Shown: positions 42,126-54,090 of the stretch, piece by piece
How positions within the stretch are numbered: the first letter of the stretch is position 1
Layout: every line of letters begins with the position of its first letter
Source of the DNA: an uncultured Candidatus Saccharibacteria bacterium
GTDB lineage: Bacteria > Patescibacteriota > Minisyncoccia > Phycocordibacterales > UBA9973
Direction of reading: 5' to 3'
Length of the DNA: 64,000 nt
Assembly (NCBI GenBank): GCA_964527185.1
Contig: CAZGOI010000001.1
Span: 6,010-70,009 of the forward strand
Program-made: the position numbers and the translations under genes
The notes under the pieces: model-generated
Told to the model about the DNA's origin: nothing
Seen by the model: the letters and a program-made list of their open reading frames with translations, nothing else
Database searches by the model: none

Positions 42126-42551
42126 TTATTCTACTGTAATACCGGCAGACCTAGCCGAGCCTTCGACGATTTTCATAGCTCCTTCAATATCTTTGGCATT
42201 TAGGTCGGACATTTTTTTCTCGGCGATTTCTTTGACTTGGGTGCGGCTTAGCTTGCCGACTTTTGATGTATTTGGCTTGCCAGAACCTTTTTCTAGACCA
42301 AGAGCTTTAAATATCAGACCGGAGACTGGTGGTGTTTTTACTTTGATGTCATAGGTGCGATCTTCATAAACTGAAATAACACAACCGACAGTATCGCCAG
42401 CCATACTTTGGGTCATGGCATTGAACTTCTGACAGAACTCGGCGATATTTACTCCCGCTTGACCGAGTGCCGGGCCAAGGGGCGGGGCTGGGGTTGCCTT
42501 GGCGGCTGGAATTCTTAATTTAACTTTTTTTACTACTTTTTTTACTGACAT
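42126..42551 (-). CDS. rplK: 50S ribosomal protein uL11
   Basis: [24 protein letters not shown] and GSARSAGI motifs. Confidence 0.98.
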   Translation of the reverse strand: MSVKKVVKKVKLRIPAAKATPAPPLGPALGQAGVNIAEFCQKFNAMTQSMAGDTVGCVISVYEDRTYDIKVKTPPVSGLIFKALGLEKGSGKPNTSKVGKLSRTQVKEIAEKKMSDLNAKDIEGAMKIVEGSARSAGITVE

Positions 42552-42565
42552 AAAATTTATATTAC

Positions 42566-43117
42566 TTATAATTTCTTAATTTGCAAGAAATCGAGTTCGA
42601 CTGGGGTTTCGCGACCAAACATCGAGACCAAGACTTTGACTTTACCGCGCTCGCGATCGACATCGCTGACTTTACCTTCGAGGTCTTTGAATGGGCCGTC
42701 TGATATACGAACGATCTCGCCTGTTTCAACATCGATCTGGTGTTTGGTCGGGCCTTCACTTTTATTCATCCGACCGAAGAGATCATCGACTTCTTGTTTA
42801 TTGAGCGGTACTGGGTTAACACCAGCACCGACAAAGCCCGTGACTCGCGGAGTGTTGCGAACCACGTACCAAGAATTGTCGTCGACAATCATATCGACGA
42901 GCACATAGCCGGGGTAGACTTTTTCTTCGACTTCAACTCTCTTGCCAGCTTTTATTTTTATCTTATTCTCAACTGGAACAACGACGTCGAAAATCTTGTC
43001 GTTCATGCCGAGTGAATCGATGCGCTGGCGCAAATTGCGCATGACCGCATTCTCATAACCAGCGTAGGTGTGGATAGCGTACCAATTTCTTTCTCCTTTT
43101 AACTCTTGCTTTGCCAT
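42566..43117 (-). CDS. nusG: Transcription factor NusG
   Basis: [29 protein letters not shown] and KOW domain GPF...FGRETPVEL. Confidence 0.98.
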   Translation of the reverse strand: MAKQELKGERNWYAIHTYAGYENAVMRNLRQRIDSLGMNDKIFDVVVPVENKIKIKAGKRVEVEEKVYPGYVLVDMIVDDNSWYVVRNTPRVTGFVGAGVNPVPLNKQEVDDLFGRMNKSEGPTKHQIDVETGEIVRISDGPFKDLEGKVSDVDRERGKVKVLVSMFGRETPVELDFLQIKKL

Positions 43118-43120
43118 AAT

Positions 43121-43306
43121 TTATCTTGTGAGTAAATAATCGAGCCCAGACGAGAATAATTTATCAAAAAATCCAAGATAGTACGCAACAAACAAAGAGA
43201 TCGCGAGGACTGCGATTGTGAAAAATAGTGTTTGGTTGCGAGTCGGCCAGGTGACATTTTTCATTTCAGATCTGACTTCTTTTAGATATTCGAGTGTTTT
43301 TGCCAT
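43121..43306 (-). CDS. secE: Preprotein translocase subunit SecE
   Basis: EMKNVTWP plus a single TM, upstream of nusG. Confidence 0.95.
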   Translation of the reverse strand: MAKTLEYLKEVRSEMKNVTWPTRNQTLFFTIAVLAISLFVAYYLGFFDKLFSSGLDYLLTR

Positions 43307-43427
43307 ATTCTCTTTATAAGTTTTCCTATTAAAAAAACCCCGAGGGGCTTGTAGCTAGATACTACTCTTTTGTGTGGGTAATGTCAATTAATATGAAAAC
43401 ACCCTTGATTTGCAAGGGTATTTTTAG

Positions 43428-44219
43428 CTATCTAATTTCGTATGTGATTGTAACACTTGAGGTTATCTTATTCTGCCCTTTAGGAAGCGTTGGGGCCGGA
43501 GCGGTATCGCTTGGAGCTGCGCCCATAGCCTTTGCTTCGTACATGATTGGATACGGAGAATTATTGTTTTCTGTAAAGCTTGTAATCTTACCGAGGTCAA
43601 CGTGTAGTTCGCGCGCAAGTTCTTTGGCCTTGGTTTCTGCATCATCGATTGCTATGCTTCGAGCCTGGTCTTTGAATGTATCTTCATTATCGACGCTAAA
43701 TGTTGGACCACTCATGTCTGTAACACCGATATTTGCAAGACCAGTTTTTATATCGTTGGCAGAATCGACATCGCGAATTTTAACAGTGATAGATTGTGTA
43801 GCGGTGTAGCCGATTATTTTTGACTGGGGCTCGGGGCAAGGGTAGACGAGGCATGCGATGTTGCTATATGAATATTTTGGGTTCAAGCCGCCGTATTCTG
43901 ATTTTATATCTTTGTCATCTATTTTTTTAGATTTTAAATAGTCTAGGGTTTTGGCAGTTCCATCATTAAGATTTGCTTGGGCTTCTTTTGCTGTGGCGCC
44001 ATCTTTAGAAAGATTGATCGAGATCGTAGCGATATCTGATGTGGCCATGACTTCCCCGCTGCCAGTGACAGTGATGATATTTGGTTGTTTGGAATTTGTA
44101 TCATCGTAACCACCTGTTTTTATCTCATTGACCAGCCGCATAAAAACCAGGAGTGATAGCAAAACTATAAAAATGGTACAGACATTGATAAATCTTTTAT
44201 TTGTAAAAATTGTTTCCAT
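43428..44219 (-). CDS. SIMPL (DUF541) domain protein
   Basis: ITVTGSGEV...DIA, AR..AIDDA..KA..LA..L.V.LG and C-terminal VTITYEI motifs. Confidence 0.88.
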   Translation of the reverse strand: METIFTNKRFINVCTIFIVLLSLLVFMRLVNEIKTGGYDDTNSKQPNIITVTGSGEVMATSDIATISINLSKDGATAKEAQANLNDGTAKTLDYLKSKKIDDKDIKSEYGGLNPKYSYSNIACLVYPCPEPQSKIIGYTATQSITVKIRDVDSANDIKTGLANIGVTDMSGPTFSVDNEDTFKDQARSIAIDDAETKAKELARELHVDLGKITSFTENNNSPYPIMYEAKAMGAAPSDTAPAPTLPKGQNKITSSVTITYEIR

Positions 44220-44567
44220 ATTTTCATTATAGCATAGTATGTGAATTGACAAGTAAAAATATTAGAGTTAACATTTATTTTGAATTGTTTTTTATTGTAA
44301 ACACTCAAAAAATCAACCATGAGAAGGCCTGTATTAAATCTTGGTTTATTTGCAAAAGCCATCAAGAGCTTTTCAATTAAATTAATGAGCAACGAGAGAA
44401 AGAAAAAGAGAAGGAAGGAGTGGAGTGATTGTGTCAGAGAGCAAAGTGAATCCCTAAGGAAAACGGGTATTGTTTCTGAGGGTGATGCACTCCCTGTTGT
44501 TGGCTGGCGTAAACTGCGTTAAGCGGTTTAAAAACTTTCCCCGGGTAATTTTATTACTCGGGTTTTT

Positions 44568-45824
44568 TTATTCTTTATTCAGAGCTTCGATTGGGTTTAG
44601 ACGAGCAGCATTGCGAGCAGGAAAGACACCAAATGTCACCCCAATTACCATCGAAACAGAAACCGAGAGTATGATGCCGTAAAGTGGTATTACCAGATTC
44701 CAATAGAGACCGAGGCTCTGGGCAACTTTTGAAATTAGAAAGGATAAAAAAGCTCCGCCCAAGATACCGCAAGCCCCGCCGATAAGGGTAAGTAATATCG
44801 CTTCAAATAAAAATTCATAGAGTATGTCGCGGTTGCGAGCCCCAAGCGCTTTTTTTAAGCCAACCTCACCGATACGCTCTGTAACCGCAACATACATTAT
44901 ATTCATGACGCCAACTCCGCCGACGATAAGCGATATACAGGCAATGGCAAGCAGGAGCGCCGTTACGGCAGAGAGGATGGTATTGAAAGTGTCTAGACTC
45001 TCGGCCTGGGTTTGAACCTTGAAATCATCTTTTACTGGATCGGTAATCTGGTGGTTGTGGCGAATCGTGTCTGTGATATCAAGCGAAGTCGCGTCGGCTT
45101 TGTTGTTGTCTTCGAGTTGGACGATCGAATAGAGTAGGTAATCGGTCCCGAGAATTTTCTTTTGCAGAGTCTGGAGTGGAATGAAAACTTGTTCGTCGTC
45201 GTTTGAAAAACCAAAACTCCCCCGACGGTCATAGACGCCGATGATTTCAAAATTATAATTGCCAACTCGTATGTATTTGCCGAGCGGGTCGTCTTCTCCA
45301 AATAAATCAAAAGCTATATCGTGCCCGAGGATGGCAACTTGAGCCAGTGCTTGGTCTTCGTTTTGGGTATACGGTCGGCCCTCTGATATCACACCCTTGT
45401 CGATATCAAAGCGCGAGGCATCGGCGCCAAAAATAAAAATATTTTTAGAAACATTGCCGTAGGTCACAATCTGCTGACCGATCGAAGCGCCGTAAGCATT
45501 TAGGACATTGGGTAAACTTTTTATATTATCGACATCGCGAGATTTGAGAGTTGTAATTGGGACAGCATTTACGGCAGAAGTGTTGGCATTACTCGACGGA
45601 CCATTGGCTCGGGCTTTTGTCGAATCGGGAACGGAAGTCTGGATTATGACGGTGTTTGAACCAAAGGTATCGATCTGATTGTTGATGTAGCTTTTGAACC
45701 CCTCGCCGGCCGACAGGACCATGATGACAGTGCCGATGCCGATCATGATGCCGAGCGTGGTTAGAAGCGTCCTCGATGGGCTTCTTTTTATACCTTTGAT
45801 TGCTTGTAATAAATATTTATTCAT
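44568..45824 (-). CDS. MacB/FtsX-type ABC transporter permease
   Basis: LTTLGIMIGI, ISLIVGGVGVMNIM.V.VTERIGEVGLKKALGA and PARNAARLNPIEAL motifs. Confidence 0.93.
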   Translation of the reverse strand: MNKYLLQAIKGIKRSPSRTLLTTLGIMIGIGTVIMVLSAGEGFKSYINNQIDTFGSNTVIIQTSVPDSTKARANGPSSNANTSAVNAVPITTLKSRDVDNIKSLPNVLNAYGASIGQQIVTYGNVSKNIFIFGADASRFDIDKGVISEGRPYTQNEDQALAQVAILGHDIAFDLFGEDDPLGKYIRVGNYNFEIIGVYDRRGSFGFSNDDEQVFIPLQTLQKKILGTDYLLYSIVQLEDNNKADATSLDITDTIRHNHQITDPVKDDFKVQTQAESLDTFNTILSAVTALLLAIACISLIVGGVGVMNIMYVAVTERIGEVGLKKALGARNRDILYEFLFEAILLTLIGGACGILGGAFLSFLISKVAQSLGLYWNLVIPLYGIILSVSVSMVIGVTFGVFPARNAARLNPIEALNKE

Positions 45825-47082
45825 ATCGTAGCGCTACGATCGGGTCGAGCCGAGAAGCTTTGATCGCAGGATAGAGGCCAAAGATGATTCCGACTAAAAC
45901 TGAAACTGAAGTTGCAAGGATTATCGACCCGAGTGAAATGATAAATGACCAATCATATCCCAAAAATCGCACGACAACAGTAATTAGATAAGAAATAATT
46001 ACACCGAAAATTATGCCGATGATCCCACCGGTTGAAGTTAGGATGATCGATTCAAATAAAAATTGATTACGGATTTGTTTATTAGTCGCGCCAAGAGCTT
46101 TGCGCAAGCCGATCTCTCGCGTCCGTTCTGAAACTGTCACGAGCATGATATTCATAATGCCAATTCCACCGACAACTAGCGATATGCCGGCCATCAGGCC
46201 GAGGAACATGCGAAGCACGTCGGTGATGCTAGTTAGAACTTTAATCGCATCGGCAAGGTCGCGTACCGAAAAGTCGTCATTGTCTGGATTGGTAATTCTA
46301 TGTTCCTCTCGAAGCACTCGGCGGATATCTTCCATTGTCGTCCCAACATTATCAGACGAGTCAACCTTGATACGGACAAATTGAATATAGTTTATACCGA
46401 GCAGTTGTCTTTGACCAATGGAAAACGGTATGAAGACTTGATCATCTTGGTTCTGGAATGCCACGGTCCCCATTTTTTTCTGAACACCAATGACTCGAAA
46501 TGGAATTGCCCCCAAATCGCTAGCTGTATTTTTTAATTTAACAACCGAGCCGATATCGTCGCCATTTGGAAAAAGAGATTGGTCGACATCGTAACCGAGC
46601 ACTATGACATTGGCGCCGGTATCTGCTTCTTCATCGGTAAAGAAATCGCCGTGATCCATTTCTACATTTTGAACTCGCGGGTAAGAGCCATCGGTAGCCG
46701 TGAAACTAGTGTCGACGCTCTCGCTACCTGATATGACAGTAACATTGCCGCGGACAAAGGATGCAACCTCGAGAGCATTTGGAATTTTGCTTTTGTCTTT
46801 GATAGCATCGATGTCTGATTTGACGAGTGTCTTGACTTGAACACCAAAAACAGCCGCTGGTGGGCCTTTGTCGTTACTTTTACCAGGTAGAATTCCAACT
46901 AAGTTTGTACCGAGTTTGGTAATCTGCCCTAGTACAAGGGTCTGAGCACCAGAGCCAAGTGAAACGATAATGATGACTCCAGCGACACCGATGACGATAC
47001 CTAAAATTGTCAGGAGTGACCTACCCTTGCGCGAGAGTAAGTCTTTGATGGTTGATTTAAGGGTTGATATGATGTTTCGCAT
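45817..47082 (-). CDS. MacB/FtsX-type ABC transporter permease
   Basis: RSLLTILGIVIGV, GGIGIMNIMLVTVSERTREIGLRKALGA and LDPIVALRYE motifs. Confidence 0.93.
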   Translation of the reverse strand: MRNIISTLKSTIKDLLSRKGRSLLTILGIVIGVAGVIIIVSLGSGAQTLVLGQITKLGTNLVGILPGKSNDKGPPAAVFGVQVKTLVKSDIDAIKDKSKIPNALEVASFVRGNVTVISGSESVDTSFTATDGSYPRVQNVEMDHGDFFTDEEADTGANVIVLGYDVDQSLFPNGDDIGSVVKLKNTASDLGAIPFRVIGVQKKMGTVAFQNQDDQVFIPFSIGQRQLLGINYIQFVRIKVDSSDNVGTTMEDIRRVLREEHRITNPDNDDFSVRDLADAIKVLTSITDVLRMFLGLMAGISLVVGGIGIMNIMLVTVSERTREIGLRKALGATNKQIRNQFLFESIILTSTGGIIGIIFGVIISYLITVVVRFLGYDWSFIISLGSIILATSVSVLVGIIFGLYPAIKASRLDPIVALRYE

Positions 47083-47085
47083 GGC

Positions 47086-47799
47086 TTAATCATTTGAAGC
47101 TTTTGAGTGTATTCGTTCGCTCGATGGAACTTTTTTATCGCTGACGATGGCGCCGTCTTTGATCGTGATTATCCGCTCGGCGTGTAGGGCAACTTGCATG
47201 TCGTGGGTAACGAGTATGATAGTGTGGCTTTCTTTATTTAAATTTTCAAGAATGTTCATGACAGTAGCACCACTTTTTGAATCGAGGTTACCGGTTGGCT
47301 CGTCGGCAAAAATTACTTTGGGGTTGCAAACGAGTGCCCGAGCAATAGCGACGCGTTGTTTTTGGCCGCCAGAAATTTGGTTGCTCATATAATCCATGCG
47401 ATCAGATAGACCAACAGCGGCCAGGGCTGATTTGGCGCGGCTTAAATTATTTTTTTTAACCGGGCTATATAGGAGTGGCAACATGACATTGTCGAGAACG
47501 GTTGTCCGAGGCAAGAGGTTGAAGGATTGAAAGACAAAACCAATGCGCTCGTTACGAATGTGGGCGAGCTCGTCATCGGTAAAGTTTTTTGTATCTTCGC
47601 CGTCGAAAAAATATTGCCCGTCGGTCGGTCGGTCGAGAAAACCGATGATGTGCATCAGGGTTGACTTGCCAGAACCCGACGGCCCCATGATAGCCACGAA
47701 CTCGCCTTCTGAAACTGTGAGGTTGATATCGTGTAAGACTTTAGTAACTACGCCACTCGAGTCGTAATTTTTTACAATATTTTTTAATTCTATTAACAT
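47086..47799 (-). CDS. ABC transporter ATP-binding protein (MacB/LolD type)
   Basis: [21 protein letters not shown] and [10 protein letters not shown] motifs. Confidence 0.95.
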   Translation of the reverse strand: MLIELKNIVKNYDSSGVVTKVLHDINLTVSEGEFVAIMGPSGSGKSTLMHIIGFLDRPTDGQYFFDGEDTKNFTDDELAHIRNERIGFVFQSFNLLPRTTVLDNVMLPLLYSPVKKNNLSRAKSALAAVGLSDRMDYMSNQISGGQKQRVAIARALVCNPKVIFADEPTGNLDSKSGATVMNILENLNKESHTIILVTHDMQVALHAERIITIKDGAIVSDKKVPSSERIHSKASND

Positions 47800-49310
47800 T
47801 ATGAATTCTTTATGAGAACAACAAATTCGTCTCCTTCTTTTAGGCCACTTGTAACCTCGACCATGCCACCATCGCCTTCAAGCCCTGTCGAGATTTTGAC
47901 ATCTTTGTAAGTTTTATTTTTTGTATCGGTGATGAGTTTGACTGTCTTTAAGCCAGATTTGTCTGTTTGGATAGCCCGGGCTGGGATTGCAATGATGTTG
48001 TCTTTGCTTTTTACATTGATCGTCATATTGGCGGTCATACCGGGTTTTATATCTTTGAATTGTTCAACAGAAGTTGTGACTTTGTAGTTTACAACCCCAG
48101 ATATGATAGTCGATGATGGGTCGATCTTGGTAACTGTGCCGTGAAAAACTTTGTCAGTACCAAATGCATCAAACGTGACGTCAACCGGCATACCGAGAGT
48201 GACATTTGCGATGTTGGCTTCGTTGATATTAGCCTCGAGGTAAACATTTGAAACATCTTGTAAAACCATGACTTCTTTTAGTGCTTGGGCCAGTTCGCCA
48301 AATTTTATATCGAGACTCGTGATTGTCCCATCGGCTGGGGCTCGAATAATTGTGTCTTCGTATTTTGCTTCGGCGGCCTGCACTTGGCCTTCGGCTGAAA
48401 CGATGTCGGCCTTGGCTAAGTCGACATCCGATTGACTTGCCTTTGCTTTTTTGAGGTCGAGTTCGGCTTGGGCTTGGGCGATAGCAAGGTTGCTTTGCGA
48501 CAGGGCAGCTTGGTAGGCATTGTAATTTGTCAGGTAGTTTGTTGCTTTTTTATTTGGTAGATTTATAACCCAGCTGTTTATGCTAGAGCTATATGATGTT
48601 GGAAAAAATATATATAAACCAGAGGTACCGATGGGTTGTGGGGTTGTATTTGAGACAGAACCAGAACCAGATACAATAAGCCCCGATGCAGTAAAACTTG
48701 GATTGCCGCTATTGTTTAGTACGTTAATATTTATAACTCCTTGGCTGTCGCCATTGTAGACCCCGCTAATTGTCGGCGGGGTGTAGTTAACAACATTTTG
48801 ATCGGCAGGGGTTGTCTCGGGAGTTGAGTTTAGTAAGTTGTGATAGGCATTTAAAACGAGTGTGGCTTGAGAGAGTTTTGTTTGGTCGAGCGAGACTTGG
48901 GCTAGGGCGATATCTTCGTTTGATGCGCCATCGAGAGTCTTTTTCAATTTGGCTTGGGCAGAGGCGAGAGCCCCGCGAGCTTCTGTTAGAGTTGCTAGAA
49001 CCGAACCCTGATCGAGTGTCGCTAGAATTTGGCCAGCTTTGACCTTGTCGCCGACGGCGACCTTGAGGGACCTAACTACCCCACTTGAATTAAACGAAAG
49101 GTCGAGGTCGGTCTTTGAAGTTACTTGGCCAGTGGCCAAAATTGTCTCTTTCAAATCGGTCAGCTTGGCTGTATCGGTAACAATATTTTTTAGATTTGGG
49201 TTAGGCCTAAAAGCAAAATAAAAAGAAATGATTAGTACGAGTCCAAGTAGTACCCAGGTGCGTTTTTTTCTAATCATTCTTTTCCAAAATGGTTTGCTTT
49301 TACGATCCAT
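47799..49310 (-). CDS. Efflux periplasmic adaptor subunit (MacA/HlyD family)
   Basis: TM, lipoyl halves (VKAGQILATLD; IRAPADG), coiled coil and KPGMTAN. Confidence 0.9.
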   Translation of the reverse strand: MDRKSKPFWKRMIRKKRTWVLLGLVLIISFYFAFRPNPNLKNIVTDTAKLTDLKETILATGQVTSKTDLDLSFNSSGVVRSLKVAVGDKVKAGQILATLDQGSVLATLTEARGALASAQAKLKKTLDGASNEDIALAQVSLDQTKLSQATLVLNAYHNLLNSTPETTPADQNVVNYTPPTISGVYNGDSQGVININVLNNSGNPSFTASGLIVSGSGSVSNTTPQPIGTSGLYIFFPTSYSSSINSWVINLPNKKATNYLTNYNAYQAALSQSNLAIAQAQAELDLKKAKASQSDVDLAKADIVSAEGQVQAAEAKYEDTIIRAPADGTITSLDIKFGELAQALKEVMVLQDVSNVYLEANINEANIANVTLGMPVDVTFDAFGTDKVFHGTVTKIDPSSTIISGVVNYKVTTSVEQFKDIKPGMTANMTINVKSKDNIIAIPARAIQTDKSGLKTVKLITDTKNKTYKDVKISTGLEGDGGMVEVTSGLKEGDEFVVLIKNS

Positions 49311-49314
49311 AAAT

Positions 49315-49893
49315 TTATTTTATTGCAATTAGCTCGACGTCAAACACAAGGTCGGCGTTGGCTGGAATTCCAGAGCCGGGTGGTGGTGTTGCCCCATAGG
49401 CCTGCGTGGCTGGGATTAATAATCTGCGAGTCCCGCCAACCTTCATGCCCGGGATGCCATCGGTCCAACCTTTGATGACACCCGAGAGTGGAAATGTTAT
49501 CGGCGTTGGCCCAAAATCTTTTGAAGACTGAAAGACGACACCGGTTGCTGCTAGAGCGCCAGTGTAGTGCACACTAACGGTATCGCCTGGTTTGACTGCT
49601 GCCCCTGTGCCTACAACCTGGTCGATAGTTTTTAATTCAGAAACTTTTGCGACTGGAGTGAAATTTACCAATAGCCTTTGAGGTTTTTCCATTTGTTTTT
49701 GAGGAGATACATTAGTTTGATTTTGAATCTCCTGGTTATTTGTATTTTGTGTTTGGCCGCTATTATCGCCGAGTGATTCTTGGGGCGGGGTATTCGAAGC
49801 CTTTTGCATGAGACCCCAGACAATCAGCCCGATGATGCAGGCAACAACGATAAGCGTAATGATAATATTTACATTTCCTTTTTGGCTTTGCAT
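49315..49893 (-). CDS. FKBP-type peptidyl-prolyl isomerase
   Basis: VSVHYTG, VIKGW.DG..GMKVGG.RRL.IP...AYG and IPANADLVFDVEL motifs. Confidence 0.94.
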   Translation of the reverse strand: MQSQKGNVNIIITLIVVACIIGLIVWGLMQKASNTPPQESLGDNSGQTQNTNNQEIQNQTNVSPQKQMEKPQRLLVNFTPVAKVSELKTIDQVVGTGAAVKPGDTVSVHYTGALAATGVVFQSSKDFGPTPITFPLSGVIKGWTDGIPGMKVGGTRRLLIPATQAYGATPPPGSGIPANADLVFDVELIAIK

Positions 49894-49955
49894 AGAAGAA
49901 TGAATTAACTAATATGCGAGAATTATAGCATTTTTTTAACCTATTTTAAATTAGA

Positions 49956-52100
49956 TTATTTGCGAGATTCGATGATACCAGTCGCCACATTTGTCGGCAC
50001 GATATCGTAGCGTAGGAATTCCATAGTGAAGCCGGCGCGGCCTTCGGTCATCGATCGAAGAGAAGTCATGTAGCCGAACATTTCAGATAGTGGGACGATG
50101 GCCCGGACGGCTTGATTCATGCCACGGGCTTCCATGCCTTCGATGATTCCACGCTTTGAAGAAAGCGAGCCGGTCACATCGCCCATGAATTTTTCTGGGG
50201 TCACAACTTCAACACTCATCATCGGCTCAAGTATTACTGGGTTGGCGGCTTTGCAGGCGTCTTGAACAGCCATCGAAGCGGCGATCTTGAAAGCCATTTC
50301 GTTTGAGTCGACATCGTGGTAACTTCCGTCCCACAGATCAACCGAGACATTTACAAGTTTAAATCCGGCTAGCACGCCGCGGTCGAGACCTTCTTTGAAA
50401 CCTTTTTCGCAAGCTGGGATGTACTCTTGAGGGATTGCCCCGCCTTTGATCGAATTGATAAATTCGAAATCTTTTTCGCGTTTTACATTTTTTGGCAAGT
50501 CTTCGGCATCAACCGACATGTCCATCGGCTTGATCTTGATCTTGACGTGGCCATAGTTGCCGCGGCCGCCAGATTGTTTTATGTATTTGCCTTCGGCATC
50601 AGAAGTCCCAGTAATGGTCTCGCGGTAGGCAACTTGGGGTTTGCCGACATTTGTTTCGACAGAGAATTCCCTCTTCATACGATCGACAATAATCTCTAGG
50701 TGGAGTTCGCCCATGCCCGAGATGATGGTTTCGTTGGTTTCAGAATCGGTTGAGACTTTGAACGTTGGGTCTTCTTGGGCCAGGCGATTGAGGGCCATGC
50801 CCATTTTTTCTTGGTCGGCTTTTGTTTTTGGTTCAACACGAAGAGAGATAACTGGTTCTGGGAAAATAATGCGGTAGAGTTCGATTGGGTTTGCTTCGTC
50901 GCAGAGTGTATCTGAAGTGATTGTGTCTTTGAGGCCGACGGCGGCGGCGATCTCTCCGGCAAAAACTTTTTTCACTTCTTCGCGGTCATTGGCGTGCATA
51001 CGCAGTATTCTGCCGATGCGCTCTTTGTTGCGAGTGCGAGGGTTGTAGATGTAGCTACCAGCTGAAAGCGTGCCAGAATAAACTCGGAAAAAAATAATTT
51101 GGCCGACGAATGGATCGGTTGCAACTTTAAAAGCAAGCGCCGAGAACGGCTCTTCGTCTGAAGCGTGGCGAGCGATTTGTTCTTCGGTCTCGGGATTGAT
51201 GCCGGTGATTGCTGGAATATCTGTCGGGCTTGGCAAGTAGTCGATGACAGCATCGAGCACGAGCTGGACACCCTTGTTCTTTAGAGCCGAGCCAGCAAAG
51301 ACTGGGAAAATTTCGTTGGCGATCACGGCCTTGCGCATGAGGGTTTTTAGAACGTCAAGAGTTGGGATCTTGCCTTCTAGATATTGGCTCATGACAGCAT
51401 CGTCTTGTTCTACAATTTTTTCGACGAGTTCGCTGTGATATTTTTCGGCCTCGGCTTTTAAATTCTCTGGGATTTCTTTTTCGACAACCTTGTTGCCCAT
51501 GTCCCCTTCGAAGTAGTATGCCTTCATCGAAAGCAGGTCTATAACACCCTCGTGAGCATCTTCAAGGCCGATCGGTATCTGCATGCGAATGGCTTTTTTG
51601 GTTAGGCGGTCGAGGATTGTTTTGTATGAATGCTCATATGAGGCGCCAGTTCGATCGAGTTTGTTGATGAAGCAGATGCGAGGAACGTGGGCTTCGTCGG
51701 CATAGCGCCAGTTTGTCTCTGACTGTGGTTCAACACCGGCCACGCCGTCGAAAACAACGACCGCGCCGTCGAGCACTCGAAGCGAGCGCTTTACTTCAAC
51801 TGTAAAGTCGATGTGCCCTGGGGTATCGATAATATTGAAACGGTATTTTTTATTTTTGTCTTTTTGGTCGGCGTATGTTGGCGTCCAGAAACATGTGACC
51901 GCAGCCGAAGTTATGGTGATGCCACGCTCGCGCTCTTGTTCCATCCAATCAGTTGTCGTCTCGCCGTCGTGGACCTCGCCGATCTTGTGCGAGCGGCCGG
52001 TATAGTAAAGCACCCGCTCGGTTGTCGTCGTCTTGCCAGCGTCGATGTGGGCAATGATTCCAAAATTTCTAACTTTCTCTAGTGGATAGTCTCTTTCCAT
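49956..52100 (-). CDS. fusA: Elongation factor G
   Basis: [34 protein letters not shown] and YHDVDS motifs. Confidence 0.99.
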   Translation of the reverse strand: MERDYPLEKVRNFGIIAHIDAGKTTTTERVLYYTGRSHKIGEVHDGETTTDWMEQERERGITITSAAVTCFWTPTYADQKDKNKKYRFNIIDTPGHIDFTVEVKRSLRVLDGAVVVFDGVAGVEPQSETNWRYADEAHVPRICFINKLDRTGASYEHSYKTILDRLTKKAIRMQIPIGLEDAHEGVIDLLSMKAYYFEGDMGNKVVEKEIPENLKAEAEKYHSELVEKIVEQDDAVMSQYLEGKIPTLDVLKTLMRKAVIANEIFPVFAGSALKNKGVQLVLDAVIDYLPSPTDIPAITGINPETEEQIARHASDEEPFSALAFKVATDPFVGQIIFFRVYSGTLSAGSYIYNPRTRNKERIGRILRMHANDREEVKKVFAGEIAAAVGLKDTITSDTLCDEANPIELYRIIFPEPVISLRVEPKTKADQEKMGMALNRLAQEDPTFKVSTDSETNETIISGMGELHLEIIVDRMKREFSVETNVGKPQVAYRETITGTSDAEGKYIKQSGGRGNYGHVKIKIKPMDMSVDAEDLPKNVKREKDFEFINSIKGGAIPQEYIPACEKGFKEGLDRGVLAGFKLVNVSVDLWDGSYHDVDSNEMAFKIAASMAVQDACKAANPVILEPMMSVEVVTPEKFMGDVTGSLSSKRGIIEGMEARGMNQAVRAIVPLSEMFGYMTSLRSMTEGRAGFTMEFLRYDIVPTNVATGIIESRK

Positions 52101-52233
52101 ATGTATTATTATTTACTAAAAATAAAAACCCCAGTGAGGTTTACGTGCATAGAATATACAATAACTGGTCTTTTTTTGCAAATAAAAAGCCACATCGCTC
52201 AAGCGACACGGCTTTGAAAATATCAAAAGTAAA

Positions 52234-52944
52234 TTAAGCTACTTTTTTCCAATATTTTGGAAAACGAGAATAAATTTGAGAGATCTCTTTTACAGATAAG
52301 TTGCCAAATATACTATTTATTAAATAAGTTCTTTCTACCCCGATTTGATCATTTAATTTAAATTGATCGGCAGTGTTGAAGACTTTAAGTTCTTCCTCTA
52401 AGAAAGAACTACACTTTTTAATAAGTTCCTTGTCTTCTTTTTTATCTTTAAGGATGAAACCGAAGGAGTATTCGAAAAACACCTTTTGAATTCTGTTATA
52501 TGCAGAAAATAAATTGACTTGAGCCAAGAGGACCTGAACTGATATCATAGCTTTACCAACCTCTCTCCCAGATATAAGCCCGAGACCAACAGGGTCAAAT
52601 AGGGGTTTTGGTCTATCTTTGGTTTCTTCAGTTTTTCTATCAATCGCATCAGATATTTTCTCGTCAGAATATTTTTCATTCAATTGATTAGAATAAACGA
52701 TAATTTTATTTAACAAATCTCGACATTCATCGATTTTTTGAATTGTTTCATTGTTATAGAATTCGTTATTTTCATTTTGCTCCAAGAACAAAAAGAGTTT
52801 TTTTCTTTCTAGATTAGCAACCTCCATTGCTTTTGCTAGTTCTAGTTTTCTTTCATTTTTTAAAATCTGACGCTTTTTTTTATAGCGACGAACTATTACA
52901 ACTATAAGAACAATAAAAGTAAGGATGGCTAATAGTAATTTCAT
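52234..52944 (-). CDS. Hypothetical protein with an N-terminal TM
   Basis: 236-aa AT-rich ORF between rpsG and fusA. Confidence 0.65.
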   Translation of the reverse strand: MKLLLAILTFIVLIVVIVRRYKKKRQILKNERKLELAKAMEVANLERKKLFLFLEQNENNEFYNNETIQKIDECRDLLNKIIVYSNQLNEKYSDEKISDAIDRKTEETKDRPKPLFDPVGLGLISGREVGKAMISVQVLLAQVNLFSAYNRIQKVFFEYSFGFILKDKKEDKELIKKCSSFLEEELKVFNTADQFKLNDQIGVERTYLINSIFGNLSVKEISQIYSRFPKYWKKVA

Positions 52945-53141
52945 GATCGTGAGTTTTTAAAGAGCGGTTGGTTTAACTCCGTTCACCTACAGACTAACAG
53001 TTCAAGGTATTTTTTGCAAACAAAAAGGAGGCTGGGGCCTCCTTGGTGAATGTTTTTAGAAAAACTATACAATTGAACTTTCAGGAATGTAGTCAAATAA
53101 AGAACCGGCTTTGGGGGCCGGTTCGGGTTGAAACATTTTAT

Positions 53142-53948
53142 TTACTTTGGGATTAAAATTAACCTTCTTTTTTTTAGTAAAAACCTTATCATGAAATGAT
53201 TCCCCGATATTTCGTTTAGAGATTTTTTAATAAAATCCTCTGCGTCGCTTATCGGTACTTGTATTACACAAGGTTCTTTTAAAGCCAGAGTGTGGACGAG
53301 GCCAGAAATAACAATTGGGGTGTAGCCCTCTTGTCGCAATTTGACACAGATAAATTTTATGTTTACTTCAAAAAAAATATCTTGTGCTGCGATAGCAATT
53401 GCTTTTAGTGCGCTGTCTTCTGTTTCTTTTGGGATATCTTCTACTTGCTTCAAATAAATCTGCGGGAAGCCAAAGTAGTCTATCGAATCTCTTTTTTCAG
53501 TAATATAGAAATATTTATTTTCCACCATATTTAAATACTCCATCGATCTGAAATAGGAATTTGCATCTCTTGGCCTAGTGTCGGCTGGCATCCATTTTGT
53601 GAATCCCATTTTTCTCATCTCTGGGGTTATCCAGATTGCTGAAGCAGAGTCGGTTGTTATCATGCCCATATTACAAATTGTTTCCGGGTACTCGACCACG
53701 AGAACAACTTTTTCGGGGTCGATAATTTTTGATAACATCCGGAAATGCTCGTTTATTATATCGATATCAGTATAGGCCATGTCGCCGTCATATATGGTGT
53801 CTTTGTGTATAACGCCGATGTTGGCAACTACATTCTTTGTCCCTGCTGGCAGGTAGGCCATGATGTATTTTTTTGTATCGGGCTTTTCCTGGGCAAATGA
53901 ATTAATCCACACTAAAAATGTGAGGAACGAGGTTATGATCTTTTTCAT
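53142..53948 (-). CDS. Hypothetical secreted protein
   Basis: Signal peptide MKKIITSFLTFLVWINSFAQ; 268 aa. Confidence 0.65.
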   Translation of the reverse strand: MKKIITSFLTFLVWINSFAQEKPDTKKYIMAYLPAGTKNVVANIGVIHKDTIYDGDMAYTDIDIINEHFRMLSKIIDPEKVVLVVEYPETICNMGMITTDSASAIWITPEMRKMGFTKWMPADTRPRDANSYFRSMEYLNMVENKYFYITEKRDSIDYFGFPQIYLKQVEDIPKETEDSALKAIAIAAQDIFFEVNIKFICVKLRQEGYTPIVISGLVHTLALKEPCVIQVPISDAEDFIKKSLNEISGNHFMIRFLLKKRRLILIPK

Positions 53949-54090
53949 AAGCTTTTATTTAGATTTTCGCAAAGTCTATCACTATTTTTTATTTAGTCAA
54001 CTAAAAATCCCCCGAGTGTGTTTCAAGAAAATGGCTTATTATTTTTGCAAACAAAAAAGCCCTCGCATTCGCGGGGACTTTTAACGAAGA

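Noticed and set aside
44319-44522. 67-aa + strand ORF
   Set aside because: No recognisable motif. It may be a real small protein, since a hairpin follows, but I cannot support it.
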